From Nageia nagi (lineage: Eukaryota; Plantae; Pinophyta): a DNA stretch of 64,000 nt. Location of the stretch: positions 106,330,001 through 106,394,000 of the forward strand of contig JBITNC010000001.1 of the NCBI GenBank assembly GCA_050084985.1, read 5' to 3'. The notes below the pieces were generated by a model. The model did no database searches, was not told the origin of the DNA, and saw only the letters and a program-made list of their open reading frames with translations. The translations under genes and the position numbers were made by a program. Positions 40,533 through 52,281 of this stretch are shown here, piece after piece (the stretch's first letter is position 1; the number at the start of each line of letters is the position of its first letter).

Positions 40533-42274
40533 AGCTACAAAGAAATTAATGATATGGAATAAAGAATATCAATGCTAGGGGTACACTTTTGAGGTCCATG
40601 CGAGGTTGGGATCATAGGATACTAGGTCATCAGGTTCACCAAAGCATGAGAATACCAAAAAAGTGATAAGTGAAATGAGCCCTAAAAAGTCAATCTCCTT
40701 ACTTTTATATTCCCCTTTTCTAACTAAAACCTAGGGCCTAATGATTTCAACTTTTTATTTCATGAAACTATTATGTTGCATATATGATGTGTTTTTAAAT
40801 TATTTTATAGGGCTATAGTTCTTTTTTGAAAAAATAATTTTATTACTTTCATGCTGCCAACAGTGTGCTTTTCATAAAATTGATCACTAATTCAATGCCT
40901 AATGATCATAAATGGTAAGATCGCTCCTTTTCATAGTTTATATTGCATAGTGGATTGAAAATTATTTATCTTTTATTATTCAAATTTATTTACATTAAAT
41001 GGATGTGTCCAGTGGCATGGTTTATGTATAATTGGCAAAAATTCCAAATATGCTAATTTAATTCTTGATGTTATAGATCATGTTAGCTAAATTTCATGAA
41101 TATTTGATAATTGTAAAATATGAATTTTAATTATTGAAATCCAATTTAATTAAAACTATATTTAAATTTTTAGTCTTAGTAAATATGTATATTTTTTATT
41201 GATACACACTTGAAAATTCTTATTTAATTGTTAATTGGATGTGTTCTTTTTCCTAAAAAATCAATTCATCCATTAATGCATTATCAGTGGTGTGCAAATA
41301 GAAAAATTATGCATGCTTTCAAATGTTGATCATCATTGTATATTATGAATTTCTCAAAAAGATGACTCTTTCAAGTTAATGATTATTGCATAGGCAAATT
41401 GAATATTTGGTCAAAAATTGCTAATTCATGATTTATTTTGAAATTTTTATGAAAAATGGTGATGTAATTTTGTTTATGATATAATGCAAAATGTTATGGT
41501 TGAGTATCAATTGAATATATTTCAAATTCTTGCACTTGATATGGAAAAGCACATGCTGCCAGTGGCATATGATTACTATAAATATTTTGAAATTTCATTG
41601 AATATATGCTCATTATTGTGATTCCTTCATGCATTTCCAATGGTTTATTGATAATTATTAAAATTGTTGAAGACATGATTGCAAAATTTTAGGCATTCCA
41701 TGTTGTTAGCAGCATGGGTTTACTTTGAAAATTCATGTAAATTAAAATATTGTAATGCAAGGCTAATGAATATTGCAATATTTGGTATATCTACAAAAAA
41801 TCAATGTTATTATTGATTGTTATACTAACCATTATTTTCAAATCCATGGTCCTTACATGAGCATATCTCTCATTTTTATAGGATATTTCAAGCTTAAGTC
41901 ATTAAAAGTTCTCATTAGCTTGATAAACATGGATATTATAAGCCTATGGTATCAAAATAGACCTCATGCACTTGTTCTTCATAGACTATGAGTTGTCTAT
42001 CACAATAGTCTATACATCATGGCATTTTCTAGGTGGGTATGATTAGCATAGATTACTCACCTCATAGAGGGACTTTGATTTTGTCTTGCTTACCTAACAC
42101 AACATGAGCTAGGCATAACTAAGACCGAAAGGGAGAAAATAACAGACCACACATGGCATATGAATCAAAACTAGGAATTTCACTTTACTATTGAAAATTA
42201 TTTTCTTTTCTCTATACTTCTTTGGATTATGCAATTTCAAATGCTTTTCATTACATATCCAAAGTGGGACTAAA

Positions 42275-43068
42275 TGTAGATGCCTAAAAATGATTTATTA
42301 TTTATTTAATAAATCATATTTAGACTCGTTAAATTATTAAATGGTAATAATACATAAATCAAGATAAATTATTATTATAATGCAATACCATGTTCTAAGA
42401 CCAATGCAATATCATTTATCGTGGTTTATATTTTAACTTATCTTGAATATAGAAAAGATTATTATTATTGCTAGAAGTTAGCCTCACTCCTCCCTATATC
42501 CTTTGTAGGTTATAAATATGAGTGGAATAGGTTGGCTTCCATAGATCAAACTCTTTTGATGTGATAAAGAACTCTAATAGGTGGTTTTCAACTATAACAA
42601 TGTCTCTGGATGCCACCTATCATTGAGAATTTGTTATACTCTGAGTTTTTAACTTCTATCTCTTGTCCACTACATGATTCATCAAGATCCACATAGTCAA
42701 AGGCATTCTTCTCTCATGCCATCAATGTGTGTGCATTGTCTAGATTAGGAGGTTCATATTTTGGTGGTTGACTCATGGATTCACTCTTGTGAATATCTGT
42801 TGTGAGCTCATCTTGAAGTCAATCCCAATCCTTTGAAGATTCATAGCCATTTACTTTTAAGGATTTTACACACACACTCACTTTGTATCAAGTTTATGCA
42901 TTTCATGTATATTTGTTATGATCTAATAAAAAGCATATCATTGTATAATCATTGTATATTTTTAAACCATTTATTTATTTATGTTTATTAATAATTGCAC
43001 ATTTTGAGGTCTACATGTCATTTATGGGGTTAATATAAACTCAAAACCCATTAGATTCTTTCCTTTCA
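42275..43068 (+). repeat. LTR of the PMD-carrying Gypsy fragment
   Basis: PPT followed by a TG start similar to the LTR of G; TATA-like tataaata at ~42511; the right end is approximate. Confidence 0.65.
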
Positions 43069-43073
43069 ATTAG

Positions 43074-46000
43074 GGCATATAAATCATTTAGAACCATCAA
43101 ATCACTCCCATCGCTACTTCCATTGTCACTGCTTTGATTTGGTTCTTTCGTATACTCTCCACTCATACCTTTATTTAATGGAATATGCACCTTGTAATCA
43201 TTCTTGAAGAATATCAACTCTTAGGTTTTTCTATTAATGATTTTCTTATTATCTATGAATCATTTTAAATCTAGTAAAGCAATGTATTTTAAATTTTTGT
43301 ATCAACCATACCAATGATGACAAATGTGGCTAAAGAGGTAATCCTTAAAAATGACATTAGCATATTGCATAACAATCCTAAAGATTGTAATAATGAGCCA
43401 TTAGCTAGTGATATGTTATATGTTATATTAGGCTGGTTCTAGTGGCACACCCTAATTGTTTCCATGTTCCAACCAATAAAAGGTTTATGTTGGCACCTAG
43501 ATCTAGCATAACATTTTTTGCAAATTTCCTATTCATTACTACTTCAATTGAGATGGGTTTACTTTTTTAGTTTTTTAGTGCTTTACATACCCATTTTTCT
43601 ATGTGTTTCTTATTCCAATATTTAGATAGTTGAATGAGCATCAATAATAAGTCTTCTTGTTTGATAATTTTGCAAAACTTTTTTATTATAGTATTTGGTG
43701 AGCTATAACAAAGATGATTATGGTTGGGTTACTTTATAGCCCTACTATAGTGTTTATATGATTTATTGAGTGGTTCAAACAAGGTCAGGATATTGTTCAA
43801 GATCTAGATACTTTGGTTCTAGAATAATTTGTTGAATGAGTGGTTTAGTGAACCTTATTTTCTTCAATCTTGACCTAGTTGTTATACATATTGATGGTAT
43901 TTCTAAAGCAGTCTATCCCTCAAGATTGGATTTGCATTTATTATATTTTTTATAGGATTTGTTTTGGTTAGAGAAGCTCTAAAATTAGTAGTGAATGATA
44001 CTTGTTGGTAAGTTTTTACATTTGGATTATTATTATTTTCAAGCTTGGACATCCTTATTTGTATATATTAAAAATATTTAGGGTGGTATATGAAACTATA
44101 ATCATTCATCATTTGATAAAATTGAAACCTTAAAAATACCCAAGCATGTGGATAGTTGTATTATTGATGGGAGCAATCTCCATAATTGAAACATTAAGGT
44201 CAATGACCTCCTCTAACACCTTGATATTCTCCTTTGTATCCAACCCCTCTACCACATCCATTCTCTTAATTATAATATCATTCATTGATTGCATTGTATT
44301 GTTCTTGAGGTTGTTTTTGTTGGGAAGATGCGACTATTGGAATATAAGTAATTCCTAACTCATCGATAAATGGTGTTGGTGTTTATTTGATGGTTTGGAA
44401 TTTTTATGGTTGGTATTGTTGTCTGCAAGTTCACATGTGTTCCTTCATAAACATTCCTCAATATCATCTAGAAATCCTTACTCATACATTGATGAGTCCA
44501 ATGGTTATACAATCTGCAAGCTTGGGAACTTGTTTGTTTTTCAATTACTTAATTTATGATATCGATTACCAATCAATCTTTAGTATTATGGGTGCTCAAA
44601 ATTTGATAGTACTACTAGTATTATTTATTGAGTTTCCATAGTGTTAGGCATTCATTTGCCATATGTCCTTTCTTGGTACAGAGTTGATACCAAATTTCTC
44701 TATGTTGTATCGATATTGTAGAGTTTCCTTATGTTGACAAATTTCCAATCTACTTTTTTAGCTTCATGAATTGACTAAAAAAATCATTACTAACATTATT
44801 TACCTACCAAGGTTATGATTCAATGTCAACTGCTACTTGTAAAGCATTGATATATGTTGGATATATTTTCTCCATGGCTCTTTTAAATTTTGGTTGTATT
44901 CCAAAGATGAATCATTCCACTTTCTATTTTTTATACATTGGTTCTTAAAGTCTTCTTAGGGTGACTTTCAATATTTTTCTATTTTTGTATGGTTTCTCTA
45001 GGTTCCATGATTAGATCATGCATTTTGCTTACACTCTCTAGTATGGCTTCTAGAAAATGGTACTCAAATTCAAAAGTTGCTCTAATTTTATTACATATTT
45101 TTGTTGTTCTCACTTGGTATTGATATATAATTTTCATATGCTATTTCAATACTTCATCACATAATGTAGCTATAAACTTGTTAACAAATGTTCCTTCAAC
45201 TATAATGCATCATCTTGTCTAATCATTCTCTAGTGTAAATAAGTGTTCCTTGGCATCATGGGTATCTTTCTCAAAGATAGAGAATTTAGTGGAGGATATC
45301 ATTTATTATTGGTTATTTTGCTGAGGCCTAGGGTTATATTGTCTTTGTTGTTGGGTTGTGGTGTGGTATCATCTATCGATTATGTCTATTATATGTTCTT
45401 GGTTGGTATCTAGGTATTTATATGTTGAAATACTTTTCACCTATAACTTCAAATATGTCTTTAAATGAAGGATCTATTACTTCCTCCATTGTGGGAGTTG
45501 AGGATTGTCCTTTGGTTCTAGGTTGCTTAAAGGGAGCAAAAAAACTTCTTAAAACTTCTAAGTTTTCTAATGGTATGATGGGTAAGTAGAAGTTATGGGG
45601 GAATAAGAATTTAATCCACCATCTTTTACTATTAATCATACCAGTAAAGGTCATATTATTATCTATTCTTATGGTAAATGGTATTATAGCTCATTATGTA
45701 TTTTTGGGGGTTATCTCTTCTACTTCTAGTTTGATGGTTTCTATTATCTTCTCTATTATGGAGCTAGGTAAAGATGGATGTTGTTTCTCTAACTTTTCTT
45801 CCTATGGTATTCATTAATATTGAATGATAAGAGACATAAGTGAGAATAGTGTTGATAAATTGGTGATAAGTGCTCTTATTACTCTTATAATATGTGGTTG
45901 GGTAGCCTTAGCTAATTGGGTCAAGGTTTCCCTTATTTGGTATTTAGCAACACCCAATTCTTACTCTTTGATCTTTATTTATATGGGTTCTTCTACTGTT

Positions 46001-46700
46001 GTGTTGGTTATTAAATCCTCAATATCCCTATCTATGACTTCATTCAACTAGTTAATAAGAGGTTGAATCATATTATCTAGTATGTTATCATATTGATTTG
46101 AAAGAAATATTTCCTATGGAGTCTTATGTGAGCTTACAAATGATCCAAATAAATTATCATTATATTCATTTTCTTACCTTTATACTACTATAAATCCCTC
46201 TATGGTCCTATCTCCCTCAGTGTTCACCACTATGGTTAGTGGTGGTGATATGTCAATTGATATTTCCTTAGTGATGTCCTTATTTTCCATTGATTCAGGA
46301 TCTATTCTACTTCTAATCATTCTTTCTTCAATATGATGACCACTTTCCATGAAATCATGTACTAAATTCTTGAATTTCATTATATCCTCTCCTAAATTTG
46401 GTTCTAATAATTTACTTAGTTCCTTACTATCTATCTATATCTATAGCTTCTTCCTTTCTCTATCCTTTCGATGTTGGTCTTGTAATTTATTATCGTAAAT
46501 TTTCCTTAGTATAGTCAAACTCTTGTGAGAACTAGTTGCTTCTTCTTTCTTCATCTTTATATGTTTTCTTGCCTTCTCAAATATTTTCATCTATTTTTGT
46601 TGATCATATCCTTCTATATATAAATTTCTCTATCAAATGATCATGTATTTTCCTCTCATACCCTTTACTTACCCCATACCTTTTCATTTTCTCTTTGTTC
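43074..46700 (-). pseudogene. Gypsy C gag and protease remnants
   Basis: gag-like DAKEHLFTLE...FIATL.D.VLK...FE.EY (~44950-45300); protease tail YIALLDLK.FIDNKKIINRK...IPL...YTKEP (~43140-43290). Confidence 0.75.
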
Positions 46701-46788
46701 TTGCCATATCTTTGCCTTGGGTGCCTCCCCCCTACAAGTAGGTGAGAGTGTTTGGGGTAGCCCCTTGCTTAATCAAATACCATTTACA

Positions 46789-47038
46789 AATCTGGGGAAG
46801 GTTTTCTAAAAATATTTTTCAATGTCCCCTATAAAATCTTTCTCTACCTACTTCCCACAATACCCAATCTTGTAGTATAAATTCAGTAGTGTAGGTATCT
46901 AATTGCTCAATTAGATATAGTTAAAAAATCTAGGGAAGGTTTTCTAAAAATATTTTTTTAGGTCCCTTGTATAATCTTTCTCTACCTACTTCCCATGACA
47001 CCCAATCTTGTAGTGCAAATTTAGTAGTGTAGGTATCT
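46789..47038. repeat. Direct duplication (~110-bp block, ~138-bp period) in the leader of C
   Basis: aaatct(g/a)gggaaggttttctaaaaatatttt...agtagtgtaggtatct at ~46789 and ~46927. Confidence 0.85.
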
Positions 47039-49881
47039 GGGGTGTTATGTACCCACTTGTCAACATTTTATGTCTAGGTCTGTGTTGATCATTCTAATTG
47101 TAGTCAATTCTCTTTATCCCACTTAGGGTAGCATCCCATGGAGTGGGGATTCCTAAAAAATCTAAGAGGGTGTTGCTAAGATTTTTTAGGAACAGTTTTA
47201 AACTAAGGGTCCCATGAATTAAAGTCTATTTGACTACTTAAAAATTTAAGCTCCATAATTTAAAGAAGGGAGTGGTTTCATGAAATTTTGTTTATATATA
47301 TATATATATATTATGATTTCATGTTACTATTTTATGTATATAAATTAATCCTAAAGAAAATATATAAAAAAAAATTGTAAGTGAATAAAAATTATCAGCT
47401 ACTTTGTAGAGCCACTTGATATTTATCTTGGATGTCATTTTTATTAGATAAAAACTTAGATTCTACTAAAAGTTTCAAAATTTAAATATATTGAGGCAAT
47501 GTGATTTCCTTCTTCATTCTCGAATAAGGTATTATCCAATGAGAACTTAAGGACTTTGCAAACTTAAACAAGTGTTATATTTGTTGCATTTTCATAATAT
47601 TTAGAAGTTGATTTTTTTTTCTAGAATCAAATATAGTTTCAATACAATAGGAACAACATTTAAACCTTTTAAATTATTTTAATAAGCATGCAATAACTTT
47701 GAAGATGCAAAACAAATTTTCCTGAATAAAAATTATCAACTTCATAAATAATTTGAAGTTTTTCTATTTATATTTGATTGAAGAAAATATATATAGAAAA
47801 TATTGTAATTTTTATTTAAACCAAAAATTAATATTACAAATTCTCATAAATAATTTCTATTGTAAATCATCAAAAATGGTAAGTTTTATTGAAATTAGAA
47901 ATTCATATCATCATTTACAAAATCCATTAATGTTTCTCGAGCAAGTGGTGTTGGTGGATCAGCTAATTCATTTGTTGACATATTTACTCCATTATTAACA
48001 AAAGCATATTGAGGAAAGAAGCTAAGAATACATTAAACATTATTTTTGTAATGAATTATAAATTTGAATGATATTTGAGCTCACTTTCCTCTATCTTGAT
48101 TGAGTGGAAATGCTAAATAGATGCTAGCAATAGCACTAACAAAATATTTTTATCATTCAAAATGATGGACTTTAGGATTTAAATCTACTCATTTTTCTAC
48201 ATTTAGGATTTATATGTGATAAATAGAACTTTAATTTTACTAAAAAATCTACTTGAAAGCCTATAATATTTCTTACAAAAACTATTGTAGGATTGAACTA
48301 TACATTATCTAAATTCTAAACTTGTTGAAAATTTGAAATTTGACTTCTAAAATTGCTATAGAGCTAACAAAAATTTGAACCTCATTCTTGGCAGTGATTG
48401 TATAAAGTCAAAAAATATGGATACTACTAAAAATGACAATAAAGGTTTCAAAATATATATACCTTCTGACATTTATATTTAAACTAATATTACTAAACAT
48501 AAACACTCTCTAATGCTAAAAATATATAAATCCATTATCAATAATTAGTAATAATGAATAACCCTAAAATAATAAGCAAAAAGAATAAAAAGTCTCAAAT
48601 GGCATTCAGATAGAGTTATTGCAAATTTTGTAACGGATGTGAAACCACTTAAATATTGAGATAGAGCCATTGATACATCTGAAATATCTTAGTTTACCAA
48701 AGACCTCTAGGTTGCTATGAGTAAATAATGCTTCAAATAAGAGGATCGATATTGGGGTTGAAACCATTACAAATCACACTATACACAACAATAATGGAAG
48801 TAAATTAAAACAAAAAACCAAAAATCTTATATACCTTAATATATATGATGATCTATTTTTCCTCCTCCTCTGTTATGATGTTAATCTAGGCAATGGAGAA
48901 ATATACAAACTTGAATAAAAAATTTAAAGAATTTTTTTAATTTTCCTCCAAATATTTCCCTTCATTTGTTAAGGTGAACAAATGATTGACAAGTGGCAAT
49001 TTTTCCTTCCAAAATTTCTTAAGTGGGTGGAGTAATTTCCACCCCCATCCCTTTTTCACCAGCTAAAATAAGAAGTCCTAGACAATAGTTGCTCCTATTT
49101 TTGTGGATAATATTCTAATTAATCTTATAGCATACTTTTTTTCATGGGACCTCTTGATCCATGAAAATAGATCTTGTAGGCCCCCATGGGATCCCATACT
49201 TAATATCTGGTATAAGGAGGTGTATTTTAAATTCTTTTTGCTTGGTTATCCACTTCAAAAATATGTCTAAGAACTCACACAAAATATTTATAGCTTCATA
49301 TTCATGAATCAATTTGATCAATCTTATTTTACCATATCCTATTTGTTAACTAAAAAAATTCTTGAAGTTTCTTGATTCCCTTGAGAACCACACTTGCAGT
49401 GATTTTCATGAAGAGAGAAAAGGTATTCACTTGTAACTATCAATCTCCATTCCATCTAATCATTGAGTCCTTTGAGTTATATATTTTTCAAAAATGAAAT
49501 TATTGACCAATTGAATCATTCAATAGGGTTCTTATTTGCAATCAAGGATCAATGGATGAATGGAAGAGAAAAACCAAAAATAAGATAAATAATTTAATTA
49601 TCAAAATAGAGGGTCAAGCCTTTTATTACTATATTAGATTGGTTATAATAATATAGTGTTTACAAACTTAGCTCTCACACTCATTTAAACTTATACTACA
49701 CATTTTTATTTTCCTAGTCTCTATCTGTGTTCCTTCTCTTATTAGTTCCATTTGGTAAGTTTTAAAAGTCATGCCCCATAAGTTGCACTAGATGAAGTAG
49801 TTGATACTTAATATTTAATCCTTAACTATCACTTAGAGTTGATCTCTTTACTTAATGAAATTATCTCCTTCTAACAACCTC

Positions 49882-50188
49882 CATGGCTTCCATGTCTTCA
49901 ACTTGTAATTTTTCATCTCGAAGCCTTATCTTGGAATTGTATGAGCTTTCTATTGATGCAAACAACTCTTCCTTATTGGATATGTGGTTTGAAGCTCTTA
50001 TATGAAGCAATCAAGTCCCATTTTGATTTGCATAAGATTTCTCAATAGACAAACAATTGGTACGAATTCTCTTCCTCCCCTTAGTGGGCACCTCCATTTT
50101 TTCCTTCATGATGTCTTCAATATATATTCATTTTTATAATGACCAAACTTGTTACAATAGTAATATTGTTTGTCATCTTTTTCACTTG
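49882..50188 (-). pseudogene. Copia A zinc knuckle and protease active-site region
   Basis: QYYYCNKFGHYKNEY (decayed CX2CX4HX4C) and LLHIRASNHIS (decayed WxLDSGASNHM). Confidence 0.88.
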
Positions 50189-51168
50189 TATTGAAAATTA
50201 TAATATAATATTTCTCTTTAATATAAATTCACTTAATGCTTAAAGTATCTTTAGATACCTAAAATCACTAAGAGAATAAATATAGAAATACCTTTAACCT
50301 TACCTTTGGATGAAAAGAAGGTTAAAAGATAGGTTTCTTCTTATAAATAAAAAGGTATCCCTTTCATTATGCAACTTGATGAAACATGGTAATGCTTATC
50401 TTATAAAGATGATTTTGTAGGAGCTTTGAAAGAGAATTCTTAAGAATTTGTAAGAGAGTTATCTTGTGAGAAGTAATAGAATGATGGTTCAAAGTGGATG
50501 TACTCCCAAGAGATGGAAGAACCACCATATATGATGTGTTATTTTTTATGTGATTGATTATTGCTTTGCTATAAGAATGAATGTTAGATTTATTGAAGAA
50601 GCTTCAAGGTAATCTTGGTTTATGGAATCCTTCAATTTTATCAAGTGATATTAGAGTCATTCTTATAGTAATCTCCTAAAATTTCTACTTGATAATTTTG
50701 AGATAACTCTCCTCAAATTTAAGGTATATATAAAATCTAAACTTGTTTCAATTTTAATTTAAAACTTCAATGGTTAGTCTATTTCAATTTCTTATTTTTA
50801 AGTTGAAATTTAATATCTATACTAACATGTTTATGCTAAAGTAATTGACTAAAATCTAAAAATTTTATGTTGGTAACATATTAGTAGTATTTGAAATTAG
50901 ATCTAACATATGATATATGGTTAGAATATAAGATCTTGAAAAAAATTAGTGCTTCTAATTCTTTTTACTAAGTTGCAAGCTTACAAAAATCTAATTTATG
51001 ATTTTTGTAATAAAAATTCTTTTCTAGCAAGAAATTTAAAATATTATCTTGCTATATTAACAAAGGTTACATTTTTTTTATAACAAGTAAATTTACAAAA
51101 GTTTGCAATTTCTTTTTATATATGAAAAATTTGATAAAATTATTTATATATAATTTTTATATATAAAC

Positions 51169-51214
<46 letters not shown>

Positions 51215-51354
51215 ATATATATTTGTTACTAAAAAAGAAAAAAACAAATCTTTGTTTTTTAAATATAAAAAAAAGAATTTCAATATTATTAAAAAAAATT
51301 AGATTTTTCATCTTTATTGTTAAATAATAATAATTAAAAAAATATTTAAAAAAA

Positions 51355-51705
51355 AAAAGAGTTGCTTTTTTAATTTTAGCATCTTTAATATGAGTTCTTT
51401 TTACTCTTTTTTTTTAAAGAAAATTTTTAATGATTTTCAAAAAAAAAAGGAAAGGTGGACTTTCTAATTTTTTAATGAGTTGTTATTTTAATTTTAGCAT
51501 CTTTAATATAAACTTCTTTTATCATTTTATTTTAAAAATATGAATCTTTAATAAGTTAAAAAAAAGAAAGATGAACTTTCTAATTTTTTAATGAGTTGTT
51601 TATTTAATTTTAGCATCTTTAATATGATCTCCATTTATCTTTTATTAAAAAAAAGGGGAATCAGTTAAAAAAAATGTGGAATTTCTAATTTTTTAATGAG
51701 TTAAA
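51355..51705. repeat. ~118-bp tandem repeat x3 in the leader of D
   Basis: gagttg..ttttaattttagcatctttaatat at ~51359, 51477 and 51593. Confidence 0.8.
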
Positions 51706-52281
51706 TTTAATTCTTAAAGTCTTTTGAAGTATGATGTAATTTTTTTAATACAATTTTTAAATAAAGACTTAAATTATTGATAATTACCTATTTTAAAATA
51801 TAAATTAAATTGTAACTTATATGCATTTTTTAATATATAAGAATGTTTTTATTTGTTAAATTCTCACCTTGGTCTAAAATTTATTTACTTAAATACCTAA
51901 TAATTTTAAGTATAACAAACTTTCAAGGCAAAACTAGACTAATTTATCAAGTGAGATAAATTTTTGAAGGTAATAATTTATCTCATTTGATAAATTACTC
52001 CAATTTTACTTTGAAAGTTTATTATATTTACAATAATTATGCATTTAAGTACATAAATTTTATACTAAGATGAGAATTTAACAAATAAAAAAATTCTCAT
52101 ATATTAAAAAATACATATAAGTTACAATTTAATTCATGCTTAAAAATATATAATTATCAATAATTTAAGTCTTTAATTAAAAATTGCATTAAAAAATTAC
52201 ACCATATTTTAAAATATTTTATGACTTAAATTTAACTCATTAAAAAATTAGAAATTCCACCTTTCTTTTTTTTAACTAATT
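51659..52281. repeat. Long inverted repeat (fold-back), ~300-bp arms, ~12-nt loop
   Basis: 51659-51962 is the reverse complement of 51975-52281, e.g. gtggaatttctaattttttaatgagttaaatttaa / ttaaatttaactcattaaaaaattagaaattccac. Confidence 0.95.

Larger units (their letters stand above)
37910..43068 (+). mobile_element. 5'-truncated Gypsy fragment (3' region, PPT and one LTR) inserted in the PR-RT linker of C
   Basis: PPT aaagtgggactaaa then LTR tgtagatgcctaaaaatg (42275) to ~ctttca (43068). Flanked by attaa/attag; the C frame rejoins (DLYAL|IENP). Confidence 0.7.
28334..49876 (-). mobile_element. Tat-like Gypsy retrotransposon C, inserted in the protease of A
   Basis: LTRs 28334-28729 and 49501-49876, PPT ttagggagga, TSD acctt/acctc. 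gag-PR-RT-RH-INT remnants occur in Gypsy order. No PBS is recognisable. Confidence 0.9.

Noticed and set aside
37909-43072. Mutator-like element (9-bp flanking repeat plus PMD)
   Set aside because: There are no terminal inverted repeats or MURA transposase, and the right end has PPT plus LTR structure.
49025-49085. Helitron 3' end (hairpin plus CTAG)
   Set aside because: The nearest ctag is over 30 nt from the hairpin and is not followed by T, and no matching 5' TC boundary was identified.
51659-52281. MITE or foldback DNA transposon
   Set aside because: No TSD is evident, the left arm is continuous with the leader repeats of D, and the arms meet at a tiny loop, which fits a fold-back duplication better.
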